Shown here piece by piece: positions 18,599 to 29,065 of a stretch of DNA of 64,000 nucleotides. A model generated the notes under the pieces. That model worked only from the letters and a program-made list of their open reading frames with translations, was not told the origin of the DNA and did no database searches. The stretch is from positions 156,941 through 220,940 of the forward strand of contig CAZRDX010000007.1 of NCBI GenBank assembly GCA_964599235.1, in the 5' to 3' direction. The stretch is from an uncultured Rikenellaceae bacterium (GTDB lineage Bacteria > Bacteroidota > Bacteroidia > Bacteroidales > VadinHA17). The stretch's first letter is position 1; the number at the start of each line of letters is the position of its first letter. The position numbers were made by a program, and so were the translations under genes.

Positions 18599-20029
18599 AT
18601 GATCAAAAACATATCCATATCCATATCCAGATCCTTCCTTCTGTTTGTTGCGGGAGCTGTACTTCTGACCTCCTGCGGCAAGGATTTCCTCTACCCAGAG
18701 CCCACCACGGCGCTCGACGAGGAGAAGGTCTTCACCACCCTCACCAATGCCCGGGCTGCCATGATCGGGGCGTACGACCAGCTGAGCTATTACGGTTTTG
18801 ACGGTCTTTATCTCCCCATCATGTCGGATCTGACGGGTGAGGACCTGATGCTCAACTCGACGAACAACTACAACTGGTTCGTGGCTGTGTACCAGCTCAA
18901 TGTCCTGCCCAACTACCAGTATGCTTCGCGGCCGTGGCGGGGCGGCTACAAGGTGATCTACGATGCCAACCGCATCATTGCCGGCGCTCCCCGCATCGGC
19001 GATGCCAGCCAGGAAGAGATCGACGCACTCATTGCCGAGGCGAAGGTGATGCGTGCCTATGCCCTGCTGAAGATGGTGGAGGTGTTCGCTCCCGCCTATG
19101 CGCGCAACCCGGATGCGCCGGGCATCCTGCTGGTGACCACCCCCATGGCTTACGATGCTCCCGACATAGGGCGCAGCAGTGTCCGTGATGTCTACACGCA
19201 GATCGTCAGCGACCTGCTGGTAGGCGCCCAGGTGCTGGACGACGAGCAGGGCACCGCTTTCTTCGGCCGGCGTGCCGCCCATGCCCTGCTGGCCCGCGCC
19301 TACCTCGACATGGGCATGTGGGAGGATGCCCGTGACCATGCCCGCCTGGCCTACGAAGGCCTCGAGCTGATGTCGCAGAACGACCTCGTCGGCGGCTTCT
19401 ACAGCCCCAACAGCGAAACCATCTTCTCCATCGCCTACACCGCCGAGGACAACAACATCTACCTCAGTATCCCCTCTTTCTACTGGCCCGTGGGAGGCTA
19501 CAGCTCCATGCGTGCCGACAGCCGTTTTGTCGACCTCTTCGCAGCCAGCGACGTACGCCGTTTCCTTTTCCTGCGTGTCGATGATATCGACCCCGACAAC
19601 TGGCTCATCCTGAAATTCCAACACAACGAACAAGTGGGCAATGCCCAGCGCATCAGCATACGCGCCTCGGAGATGTACCTCATCGAGGCGGAGTGCGAGG
19701 CCGAACTGGGCAACGATGCCGCCGCCCAGGAAGCCCTCTACAAGATACAGTCGCGGGCCCAGCCGGGAGCACCCAGGCCCACCGTCACCGGCCAGGAGCT
19801 GATCGACATGATCCTCGTGGAACGCCGCAAGGAGCTCTTCGGCGAAGGATTCCGCTGGAACGACATCAAACGCCGTAACCTGCCCCTCGTACGCGAAGGC
19901 GACCACTGGGTGAAACTGAACATCCAGCCCGGCGACGAAGACTACTACCGTCTCACCTTCCCCATCCCCCAGGGTGAGATCGACGCCAACAAAGCACTCG
20001 ACGAAAAAGATCAGAACGCGGGATACTGA
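18599..20029 (+). CDS. SusD/RagB family lipoprotein
   Basis: Lipobox LLTSC; EAKVMRAY, RASEMYLIEAE, ERRKELFGEGFRWNDIKR, FPIPQGEIDAN. Confidence 0.93.
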   Translation: MIKNISISISRSFLLFVAGAVLLTSCGKDFLYPEPTTALDEEKVFTTLTNARAAMIGAYDQLSYYGFDGLYLPIMSDLTGEDLMLNSTNNYNWFVAVYQLNVLPNYQYASRPWRGGYKVIYDANRIIAGAPRIGDASQEEIDALIAEAKVMRAYALLKMVEVFAPAYARNPDAPGILLVTTPMAYDAPDIGRSSVRDVYTQIVSDLLVGAQVLDDEQGTAFFGRRAAHALLARAYLDMGMWEDARDHARLAYEGLELMSQNDLVGGFYSPNSETIFSIAYTAEDNNIYLSIPSFYWPVGGYSSMRADSRFVDLFAASDVRRFLFLRVDDIDPDNWLILKFQHNEQVGNAQRISIRASEMYLIEAECEAELGNDAAAQEALYKIQSRAQPGAPRPTVTGQELIDMILVERRKELFGEGFRWNDIKRRNLPLVREGDHWVKLNIQPGDEDYYRLTFPIPQGEIDANKALDEKDQNAGY

Positions 20030-20074
20030 CCCTCGTTGGAACGAAACTTTTGAAATAAAAAAGCACTCACATCC

Positions 20075-21517
20075 ATGCAACGCAAGTATTTCTTCCTGAT
20101 CCTGCTCCTGACAGCTTTCCTCGGATGTTCGAAGAACGAGGGAACGATCGTCCTGGAGCCTGATGCGGGCAACAGTTTCCTGGACGTAGAGAACGACGGC
20201 TATGTGGTGACGCTCAATGCGCAGCCCCCCGGGCCCGGCCAGCAAGGGATCTGGCGTCTCTATCTGGGCGAGAACGGCCGTTTCGAGGATCCCGCCGATC
20301 CCCACACCCGTTTTTACGGCGAGCCGGGGGAGACCTATCTGCTGGGCTGGGAGATCAGCCAGGGCAAGCATTACAAGGCCTCGACCATCAGTGTCTCTTT
20401 CCGGCCATTGCATCCGGTGGTGCTCACGTCTCCCGGCGACACGCTCCGCGGCAATGTCTCGTGGTGGCTGGAGGCCGAGGCGGCACGTTACGGTGCCACG
20501 GGGCACTGGGAGCTGGTCGACGGCGAGGGAGGCACGCTACTGAGCCCCGACAGCAGCCGCACCGCCTTCGTGGGGGAGGCCCGCACCACCTACACCCTGC
20601 GATGGGTGCTCACCTACGGCTCCAAGAGCGCCGCCGAGGAGCTCACCTTCACCACCGACAGCCTGCGCGCTGATGCCGGGGAAGATGATCTCGACATCCT
20701 CACAGCCAAAGGTGCGGAACGCAAGTTCTACACCCTGCAGGCTTATCTCCCCGCCGGCGGCAGCGGCCGCTGGGAGCTGCTCCAAGGCACACCTGCCCGC
20801 ATCTACCTGCCCGACAACCCCGCCTCCCTCTTCGAGGGGGTGGCCGACACCCTTTACCGCCTGGTCTGGCACGTGCAGGTGGGCCCCTACCGGGACAGCG
20901 ACACCCTGCAACTGCACTTCCGCGGTAAATGGGGTCTATGGGAAGATCCGCGCGATAAACAGAAATACCGCTACATCCGCATCGGCAACACCGAATGGAT
21001 GGTCGACAACTACAACTACGATTTTCCCAGTCATCTCTCCCAGTACGGTCGTTCCTGGTACTACGGCCAGACCCCCCGTGCCAACATCGTCGACGGCCAT
21101 CCCGTGGAGACCGAAGAAGAGCGCAGGTTCTACGGCCGCCTTTACAACTATTTCGCAGCGGTGGAGATGACCCCCGACGGATGGCGCCTGCCCCGCACCG
21201 AGGACTTCCAGAACCTCCTGCGGCTCCTGGGCGGCGAGTTCTACGCCTGGGAAAAGGTCATCCTCGGCGGGGAGGCAGGAACCGAGTTCAACTTCCCGGG
21301 AGCCCTCTCGGCCAGCTGGGACAACATCAACTTCCGCGACAACTTCTACGGCCAGGATATGATCGGACTTTACATGACCTCCGACAAGGTCATTGGACGC
21401 CCCGAGATCCTGGCCTATGTCTTCGACAAGGCGAACGAAAACAGTTTTCAGATCCGCCAGTCGATGTATATCGGAGGCCTGACGGTGCGGTATGTACGTG
21501 ATGTGAATGTGAAATAA
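20075..21517 (+). CDS. Lipoprotein with three PKD/Ig-like repeats and a C-terminal FISUMP (Fibrobacter succinogenes major paralogous) domain
   Basis: Lipobox FLGC; three L.A...G.W...P...F.G...Y.L.W units; DPRD..KY..I.IG..EWM..N, GRLYNY, PDGWRLP, VRYVRD. Confidence 0.8.
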   Translation: MQRKYFFLILLLTAFLGCSKNEGTIVLEPDAGNSFLDVENDGYVVTLNAQPPGPGQQGIWRLYLGENGRFEDPADPHTRFYGEPGETYLLGWEISQGKHYKASTISVSFRPLHPVVLTSPGDTLRGNVSWWLEAEAARYGATGHWELVDGEGGTLLSPDSSRTAFVGEARTTYTLRWVLTYGSKSAAEELTFTTDSLRADAGEDDLDILTAKGAERKFYTLQAYLPAGGSGRWELLQGTPARIYLPDNPASLFEGVADTLYRLVWHVQVGPYRDSDTLQLHFRGKWGLWEDPRDKQKYRYIRIGNTEWMVDNYNYDFPSHLSQYGRSWYYGQTPRANIVDGHPVETEEERRFYGRLYNYFAAVEMTPDGWRLPRTEDFQNLLRLLGGEFYAWEKVILGGEAGTEFNFPGALSASWDNINFRDNFYGQDMIGLYMTSDKVIGRPEILAYVFDKANENSFQIRQSMYIGGLTVRYVRDVNVK

Positions 21518-21532
21518 ATGATCCTCTCCCCG

Positions 21533-24500
21533 ATGAAAAAAAGGTTCTCACTCCTGATCTTGCTGCTCCTGCCTTTCCTGATGCCTCTGCCTGAAGCCGG
21601 AGCGCAGGGAGGTATGACCGACACGGTCAACGTTTATTATCCCGGCCGCATCCGGCTCAAGCTCAAGCACGAACTGCTGGACGAGGTGGGTCGTGTCGCC
21701 CCCTCCGGCCGCAAGTCGGCCATCGTCGAGACCGGCATACGCCGTCTGGATGATCTGAACAGGAAATACGGTGTCAAGAGCATCCGCCGTGTCTTTCCCT
21801 TTTCCCTGCGTTTCGAGGAAAAACACAGAAAATACGGTCTGCATCTTTGGTATGAGCTGGAGTATGACGGCGATACCGATCCCCGGGCCATGGCCGGGGA
21901 GTATGCCCGTCTGGAGGAGGTAATGATCGCCAAGCCGGTGTATGTGAAGGTGCCCCTTGAGGGAGACCAGAAGCCCGTGGTGGTCATGCCGGACACGCTG
22001 CACACTCGGGGTGTGCGTCTCACCACGCCGGGCGGCAGCACGCTCAAGTCGGCCCTGGCCGACAGCATCCCCGGCGTCTCTTTCAACGACCCTTTCCTGC
22101 CCGACCAGTGGCATTACTACAACGACGGCCGCATCGGCACCAAAGGTGTCGACATCGACCTGCTGAAGGCCTGGACCAAGGCCACCGGCGACACCAACGT
22201 CATCGTCTCGGTCGTGGACGGCGGCATCGACCTGGAACATGAGGATCTGAAGGACAATCTCTGGACCAACTGGGCGGAGCTGAACGGCGAGGAAGGCAAG
22301 GATGATGACGGCAACGGTTACGTTGACGACATCCACGGTTACAACTTCGTGTACAACTCGCCGGTGGTGACGCCGCACCATCACGGCACCCATGTGGCCG
22401 GCACGGTAGGTGCCGTGAACAACAACGGCATCGGTGTGGCCGGCGTGGCCGGCGGCGATGGCTCGGGCAACGGCGTGCGGCTGATGTCGTGCCAGGTGTA
22501 CGACGAGCGGGGCGGCGCCGGCAACTATGCCGCAGCGATCGTCTACGGTGCCGACAACGGCGCCGTCATCTCCCAGAACTCCTGGGGCTACAAGCAGCCC
22601 GGTTTTTTCGAGCCGGAGGTGTACGATGCGGTGCGTTATTTCATCGCCGAGGCGGGACAGTATGAGGGCAGTCCCATGCGCGGCGGGGTGTTCATAGCCG
22701 CCGCCGGCAACGACGGCCGTGAGCAGACCCACTATCCCGGCGCCTTCGACGAGGCGGTGGGTGTGGCCGCCACCGGCCCTACCGGCCAGCCCGCCCCCTA
22801 CAGCAACTACGGCGACTGGGTCGACATCTCCGCCCCCGGCGGCGACCAGGCCTACTTCGGCGAAAAAGGAGGCGTGCTGAGCACCCTCCCCGACAACCAG
22901 TACGGCTACTACCAGGGCACCTCCATGGCCACCCCCCACGTCTCGGGGGTGGCCGCACTCATCGTCGCCCGTTTCGGCGGCAAGGACTTCCGGGCCGAAG
23001 ACCTGAAAAAGATCCTCCTCAACGCCACCACCCCCTTCCTCTTCGACAGCCAGGGCAAGTTCGGCAGCGGTAACCTCAACGCCCTGCTGGCCCTCGAGAA
23101 GAACGAGTTCATCGCCCCCGACCCCATCACCGACCTGCGGGCCGACGAGATCTTCCACAACGAGGTGCGCCTCAAATGGACCGTCCCGCGCGACTCCGAC
23201 GACTTCCAGCCGGCCTACTTCTACCTGGCCATGGACGACGAACCCATCACCGCCGCCAACTTCGGCCAGCAACAGGTGTTCCGCATCCTCAACTATTACG
23301 AGGCCGGCACCGAGCTGGCCGTCACCGTCACCGGCCTGCTGAAACTCACCGACTACTGGTTCGCCATCAAATCGTCCGACCGTCACGGGAACATCTCCGA
23401 CATCTCCAACATCCTCAAGGTGACCACCACCGACGAACCCCACTTCCACGCCCCCCAACGTTCTTTCGAATACATCATCGACGTCCGGGATAACCCGGTG
23501 AGGACGGCCACCTTCCCCATCTCCAACATCGGGAAAGGCATCATCTACTGGAACAGCTACACCGTCAACGAGAACCCCTGGTGGATCCCGCTGGAAGAGT
23601 GGCACGACCATCTCGACTCGCTGAAGAAGAGCGCCTCCGGCCTCAAGAGCGCCAAACAGACCCTCTATCCGCTGACAGGTACGAAAGGTGAAGAGTTCGC
23701 CGAATACTGGAAAGACGACAAGACCCTTTACTACGAAGGCTATACGTATGTCTACGCCGATCCCACGGCACTTGTGGGAAGCAACAACATCAACACGGGG
23801 CTGATCCATGCCACACGCTTCCAGACCACGGAGGGCGACTTCCACCTCACCCATCTGGAGATGGGCCTCTTCACGGTCACCCGCGAGCCGGTCTACATTG
23901 AGATACGTAAAGGCTCCGACAAACTGGAGGAGGCCCGGCCCGTACTGGTGCAGAAATACATCCCCGACACCACGGGGGTGCTCCGACTGGCCCGCGTCCC
24001 GCTCGCCCGTACACTGCATTTCGACAAGGACGAATATTTCTGGGTGATGCTCTATTTCTCAAAGCGGGAGCCCAAACCCCTGCTTGTCCATAAGAGCATT
24101 TACTTTCCCAAGACCTTTTATGTCTCGTTCGACAACGGCAACACCTTTACCGAGCAATGGCAACTTTTGGGCAATGTGGTCCCTTACCTGTATGCATACA
24201 GCACGGGTGAGGACATGTCGTACACCTTCATCCATCCCACCGAGGGTGAGCTGCATGAGGGGGAGAAGCAGGACATCCGGCTGACGGTCGATGCCAGCCG
24301 CATACGCAACGGCCGCCACATCGCCACGGTGGGCATACGCACTTCCGACAGGAACGTGCCGGGGGTGGGCATCGAGGTGAAGGTGACCGTCCGCGGACAG
24401 CGTGCCGAGGCCGATCTGAAGGAACAGTATGATTATGATGTGTATATCGGTCGTGACAACCACCTGCTGATGCCGGTGAAGAACATCGGTCTCGACTCGC

Positions 24501-27500
24501 TCCGTATCTGGGACATCACCGACGATGCCACGGGAGAGAGTGTCCGTGATTTCACCGACACCGTCCGTATCGGCGTACACGACACCCGTGATGTCTCTTT
24601 TGTGTACACTCCCACGGTCACAGGTATCCTCACCCCGCGTTTCACGCTGCACACCAACATCGGCGAGCTGCAGGTGAAGACCCAGATGCGTTCGATGGTC
24701 GCTCCCGTGATAGGGGCGTATCTCGACCGTGACAGCCTGTCCCTCGCCACCGGCCAGAAGGACCGGGTACATCTCACCCTAACCAACGTCGGACCAGAAG
24801 GGACGTTCCTGAACTACGACCTCGACCATTACGATCCGGCACGTCTGACCAACGGGGCCCTCTCCTGTACCTTCGGGTATGTCCTGTCCACCTCCGACGA
24901 TGCCGTCCACCCGTTGCCGTCACAGTGGATCGCGCTCGAACATTACGGGCTTACCCCGCCGATGAGCAAATGGTACCGTTATGTCCATCTGCCCAACGGC
25001 TTCCCGTTCTATAACAAGATGGTCGACTATATCATCGAGATCGGTTCGGGAGAGCTCTTTATCTACGGGCTCGGAAGCTTCGACTTCGACAACCCTTCCC
25101 TGCGCGACCGGGCCAAAGGTGTGATCGCGCCGCTGCATCTGAACATCAGCGGTGAACTGGTGCGTTCTTACTATCACGACTTCGGCGACAAGTATGTCTT
25201 CACTTATGTGATGCAGCTTCGTAAACGTCTTCCCACAGGATGGTACCAGAAACTCAAGAACATCACCTACCAGGTAGTGCTGTACCGCGACGGCACCGTC
25301 GAGTTCAACTACCTTGACGTGGACGCTTTACAGGAAGTGCCTGAACTGAAGTACACCGTGGGCATCCAGGGCCCCATGCCCGGCCAGTCGATCTTCTACC
25401 ACACCTATCACGACACCACGAACTATGTGCACAGCGGACTTTCCCTGCGTTTCATCCCCAACCGGGATCTTCCTGTCATGACCATCTCGTCGGTGCGTAA
25501 GGGTATGCTGGGCAGGAACGATACCGCCACTTTCGCCGTGGATATCGATCCGGCGCTGTATGGTCATCATCTTCCTGCCGGGAACTATGAAACGCCGCTG
25601 GTAGTCTACAGCAATGCCGATTCTTCGGCCTATGAGTTGCCTCTCACCGTGGAGGTCAGGGGCATTGCCGACCTCAGTGCCGGCGACACGTTGTTGTTCG
25701 GCCTCACCAACCTGGGATACGACACCCTGCAATACCTGCGGGTGGACAATGCCGGCTCAGGGACCGCAAGGATCATCTCGGTAACTTTTTCCGATCCCGC
25801 TTTCTCAGTGGATGATACGCTCACACTGGTACCCGGCTATGCCAACATCATGCTGCCGGTACGTTTCACCCCGGCCCATGCCGGTACGACCACCGCCACA
25901 ATGACACTGGTCTTCGACAACGGTCACAGCGAGCAGGTATGGCTCCGGGGCACTGGCCGGCCCGATCCTGTCTATACGGTAGAGATCGAGCAGGATATCT
26001 CCCGCACCCTCCGGGGTGGCGATACGGTGAGCATCCCCTTCCGGGTGATCAGCCACGACAACGGCGCCGACCTCGACCTGGTGTTCCACAACACCGTCAT
26101 CAGCAAGGCCACCACCCCCGGCATCCCGGCTGCCTCCCAACCCAAACCCGACACCCTGCAGCTTTACGGCTACACCTGGCAGGTGAGCGACTCCACCCGC
26201 AGCTTCTTCAAATGGAAGGATGTCAAGGCCGACCCCCGTGCCGTAGCCTACAACATCCAGCGCAACGAGCCGCAGAGGATGGCTTTGCCGTTCCGTTTCC
26301 CCTTCTACGGGGAGATGTTCGACACCATCTGGATCTCGATGCAGGGTTACGTGTCGGTCTTTGAGCCGGAGAACGATGATTTCCATCTGGAGTTCCGGCC
26401 CGGCGACGGCCAGCGGGGGATGATCGCACCATTCTTCTCCGATTTCATCCCCGACGGTCCCAACAGCCGTGTCTGGGTCCTGGAGGAGGACGACCGGGTA
26501 TATGTTTTGTGGGACGGTTACCGCGGCTCGTATGCCGGCGGTGCCGGCGGCGCCGTCTATTTCCAGCTGGAGCTGGTACGCAACGGCTCGATCTATTTCC
26601 ACTATCTGAGCGTGAGCAACTTCACCTTCACGTTGCAGTACGGGCTGGAGAGCCCCGATGAGCGGGAAAAGCTGGAGACACCCCACTCCTGGATCCTCAA
26701 GTGGAGCGTCGTGGCCGACACCACCACCCTCGCCATCACCCCGCCCCTGCGGCTCAGGATGAACTCGGGCGATACGAGAGATCACCGGCTGCTCCTCTCC
26801 GCCGAACATCTTTACCGCAGCGGGGTCTACCACGACACTCTCGAACTTTCCACCAACAGCCTTACCCAGCCACGTTACCTCATCCCCGTGACACTCACCG
26901 TCGAGGGTACACCCAAGGTCGAAGCCCCCGACAGCCTCGTTTGGGAGGAGGAGATCTTCGTACAGAACAAAAAGATCAGGAAAAGGTTCGTCCTCACCAA
27001 CACCGGTCACGACGTGGCCGAGGTGAACACGATCGTCACAAGCGGCCTTACGGATGCCCGCCTGTATGACGACAAGGGGGAAGAGATCAAGCGCACCTCG
27101 CTGGGCACGCTTTTCCGTCCCCTGCAGCTGGCACCGTGGGACCGTCTCACGCTCGAGCTGGAGATCTCGCTGCCTTCTCTTGCCGACCAGACGGGGACCG
27201 TCACTTTCGAGGGTAATTTTCCCTCCGTGGCGATACCGGTAAAGGCCCGTGTGGTCAGCTCACCGGTCTTCACCTGGGATGCTGCCGACCAGCATTTCCT
27301 GCTCAACAACACCGCAAAGGGGATCTACCGTTTCACCTTGCGCAACGAGGGGGAGACCGACCTGCATTTCCGGGTCATTCCGGCTATCATCCCTTCGGAA
27401 GAGGGGGAGGACACCCCGCCGCGCGACACGATCGTGGAGGAACTGGGCCGCTACCAGTTCCTGCAGCCTACGACGGTCGACTCCCTGGCCGTCGACAGCA

Positions 27501-29065
27501 AGGAAAAAGCCGACGGCTATGAGACTCCGCTCATCGAGGTATGGCTGGCCTTCGCCAACGACTTCACCGCCCCGCCGGGCGGCTTCTACCTCACCCACAT
27601 CAAGGTGAACGCCATCTTCAAGCAACTGGACGAATACATCCGCATCCAGGTATGGAAGGGGGGCGACAAGCCGATGGAAGGTGAGCTGGTCTACCAGCAG
27701 GACTTCGTCACCGACAGATATGTGACGGAGCAGTGGGTCTATTTCCCGCTGAAACACCCACTCAACTTCAACGAGGGTGAGCGATTCTTCCTGGTGGTGA
27801 TCCCCCCGTATGCCTCGCGCTATCTGGGTTACGACATCGCTCCTAACCAGCAGGCCGTGGAGCACTGCTGGGCGGCCAACTACCAGTCGTGGGCCGAGCA
27901 CTGGAACTGGCAGCAGTACAAGAACCTGCTGCGTATCTACAAGATACGTGCTCTGACCGCGGCAGGTGAGAACCTGTGGCTCGAGCTCGACCCGCTCGAG
28001 GGGGTCATCCCCGGCGGCGGCAGCCGGGAGGTGGTGACCTCCGTCGACCCCGTACTGGCCGGCAAAGGCACCCATCAGGCCCTCGTGAAGGTAAACACCA
28101 ACGATGTCAACCATCCCCACGACCATTTCTCGCTGACGGCCGAAGTCAACGGCCCGCCCGATATCCTCTTCCGGCCCAACCTCTACCATGACACAGTCGT
28201 CATCGTAGAGACGGAAGACAAGACACTCAACTATCTTTTCGAGGACCCGGAACAGGAAGAGGTGGAGGTCACACTGGACGATCACCAGCAGGCGGTCCGT
28301 CCCGTCCTGGAGCGTACCGGTCCCAACACGCTGCAGCTCCGTTTCCATACCGGCTACAGCAGTGCCGGTCTTTACCGCTATACCCTCACCTTCACCGATG
28401 AGGCAGGCAATATGGTGAAGGATGAGCTGCTGGTGAAGGTGCTCGATAAGAACCGGCCGCCGGTGCTCAATCCCGATTATGCACGGATCACGATCAACAT
28501 GGCCGACGAGGAAGTGCTGACCGTTGATCCTGCCGGGCTTTTCACCGATCCCGACGGGGATGTGTTGCAGATATATGCCGGCAACTACACGCCTGAGGTA
28601 CTCGACATGGCTTTGGGCAACCATTTCATCGATCTGCATCCTCTGCAGCCGGGGGTGGGTTTCGTGGTCTTCGCCGCCGATGACGGCCATGAGGGAGGCT
28701 TTGTGGCTTACGGCGTCTATGTGCAGGTGATCAACGATGCCGGCACTTCGGCCACCGCCGCTGATGCGCTGGTGCACGATGCCGAGGTGCTGGTCAGCCA
28801 CGGGGGGACTTTCGCCCTCTATCCCAACCCTGTCCAGACAGGCCATCCCCTCCATCTCATCTACAAACTCGACACCACGGCCCACATCAGGCTGGAGGTG
28901 TACGATGTGCAGGGCATCCGCAGAAGCGTGTATGAAGCATCGCGCCAGCAGGCCGGCATCCACAGCACCTTACTCGACATCTCCGGCCTCCGCCAGGGGA
29001 TCTACTTCTGCCGGCTGATGTTCGACGGCCACATCATGGAAACGAAAAAGATCATCATCCGCTGA
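21533..29065 (+). CDS. Giant S8 (subtilisin-like) serine protease with FN3/Ig-like, NIDO-like and T9SS C-terminal sorting domains
   Basis: Catalytic triad VSVVDGGID / HHGTHVAGTVG / GTSMATPHVSG; oxyanion AAAGNDG; C-terminus FALYPNPV...GIYFCRL...KKIIIR. Alternative start at 21518. Confidence 0.92.
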   Translation: MKKRFSLLILLLLPFLMPLPEAGAQGGMTDTVNVYYPGRIRLKLKHELLDEVGRVAPSGRKSAIVETGIRRLDDLNRKYGVKSIRRVFPFSLRFEEKHRKYGLHLWYELEYDGDTDPRAMAGEYARLEEVMIAKPVYVKVPLEGDQKPVVVMPDTLHTRGVRLTTPGGSTLKSALADSIPGVSFNDPFLPDQWHYYNDGRIGTKGVDIDLLKAWTKATGDTNVIVSVVDGGIDLEHEDLKDNLWTNWAELNGEEGKDDDGNGYVDDIHGYNFVYNSPVVTPHHHGTHVAGTVGAVNNNGIGVAGVAGGDGSGNGVRLMSCQVYDERGGAGNYAAAIVYGADNGAVISQNSWGYKQPGFFEPEVYDAVRYFIAEAGQYEGSPMRGGVFIAAAGNDGREQTHYPGAFDEAVGVAATGPTGQPAPYSNYGDWVDISAPGGDQAYFGEKGGVLSTLPDNQYGYYQGTSMATPHVSGVAALIVARFGGKDFRAEDLKKILLNATTPFLFDSQGKFGSGNLNALLALEKNEFIAPDPITDLRADEIFHNEVRLKWTVPRDSDDFQPAYFYLAMDDEPITAANFGQQQVFRILNYYEAGTELAVTVTGLLKLTDYWFAIKSSDRHGNISDISNILKVTTTDEPHFHAPQRSFEYIIDVRDNPVRTATFPISNIGKGIIYWNSYTVNENPWWIPLEEWHDHLDSLKKSASGLKSAKQTLYPLTGTKGEEFAEYWKDDKTLYYEGYTYVYADPTALVGSNNINTGLIHATRFQTTEGDFHLTHLEMGLFTVTREPVYIEIRKGSDKLEEARPVLVQKYIPDTTGVLRLARVPLARTLHFDKDEYFWVMLYFSKREPKPLLVHKSIYFPKTFYVSFDNGNTFTEQWQLLGNVVPYLYAYSTGEDMSYTFIHPTEGELHEGEKQDIRLTVDASRIRNGRHIATVGIRTSDRNVPGVGIEVKVTVRGQRAEADLKEQYDYDVYIGRDNHLLMPVKNIGLDSLRIWDITDDATGESVRDFTDTVRIGVHDTRDVSFVYTPTVTGILTPRFTLHTNIGELQVKTQMRSMVAPVIGAYLDRDSLSLATGQKDRVHLTLTNVGPEGTFLNYDLDHYDPARLTNGALSCTFGYVLSTSDDAVHPLPSQWIALEHYGLTPPMSKWYRYVHLPNGFPFYNKMVDYIIEIGSGELFIYGLGSFDFDNPSLRDRAKGVIAPLHLNISGELVRSYYHDFGDKYVFTYVMQLRKRLPTGWYQKLKNITYQVVLYRDGTVEFNYLDVDALQEVPELKYTVGIQGPMPGQSIFYHTYHDTTNYVHSGLSLRFIPNRDLPVMTISSVRKGMLGRNDTATFAVDIDPALYGHHLPAGNYETPLVVYSNADSSAYELPLTVEVRGIADLSAGDTLLFGLTNLGYDTLQYLRVDNAGSGTARIISVTFSDPAFSVDDTLTLVPGYANIMLPVRFTPAHAGTTTATMTLVFDNGHSEQVWLRGTGRPDPVYTVEIEQDISRTLRGGDTVSIPFRVISHDNGADLDLVFHNTVISKATTPGIPAASQPKPDTLQLYGYTWQVSDSTRSFFKWKDVKADPRAVAYNIQRNEPQRMALPFRFPFYGEMFDTIWISMQGYVSVFEPENDDFHLEFRPGDGQRGMIAPFFSDFIPDGPNSRVWVLEEDDRVYVLWDGYRGSYAGGAGGAVYFQLELVRNGSIYFHYLSVSNFTFTLQYGLESPDEREKLETPHSWILKWSVVADTTTLAITPPLRLRMNSGDTRDHRLLLSAEHLYRSGVYHDTLELSTNSLTQPRYLIPVTLTVEGTPKVEAPDSLVWEEEIFVQNKKIRKRFVLTNTGHDVAEVNTIVTSGLTDARLYDDKGEEIKRTSLGTLFRPLQLAPWDRLTLELEISLPSLADQTGTVTFEGNFPSVAIPVKARVVSSPVFTWDAADQHFLLNNTAKGIYRFTLRNEGETDLHFRVIPAIIPSEEGEDTPPRDTIVEELGRYQFLQPTTVDSLAVDSKEKADGYETPLIEVWLAFANDFTAPPGGFYLTHIKVNAIFKQLDEYIRIQVWKGGDKPMEGELVYQQDFVTDRYVTEQWVYFPLKHPLNFNEGERFFLVVIPPYASRYLGYDIAPNQQAVEHCWAANYQSWAEHWNWQQYKNLLRIYKIRALTAAGENLWLELDPLEGVIPGGGSREVVTSVDPVLAGKGTHQALVKVNTNDVNHPHDHFSLTAEVNGPPDILFRPNLYHDTVVIVETEDKTLNYLFEDPEQEEVEVTLDDHQQAVRPVLERTGPNTLQLRFHTGYSSAGLYRYTLTFTDEAGNMVKDELLVKVLDKNRPPVLNPDYARITINMADEEVLTVDPAGLFTDPDGDVLQIYAGNYTPEVLDMALGNHFIDLHPLQPGVGFVVFAADDGHEGGFVAYGVYVQVINDAGTSATAADALVHDAEVLVSHGGTFALYPNPVQTGHPLHLIYKLDTTAHIRLEVYDVQGIRRSVYEASRQQAGIHSTLLDISGLRQGIYFCRLMFDGHIMETKKIIIR

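Noticed and set aside
21548-24019. Long antisense or alternative-frame ORFs (e.g. 21548-24019 minus, 46825-49308 plus, 18593-20506 minus, 27260-28963 minus, 61716-63581 minus, 44974-46776 plus)
   Set aside because: They are shadows of real genes with strong GC3 bias (few stops on the opposite strand) and show no recognisable motifs or signal peptides.
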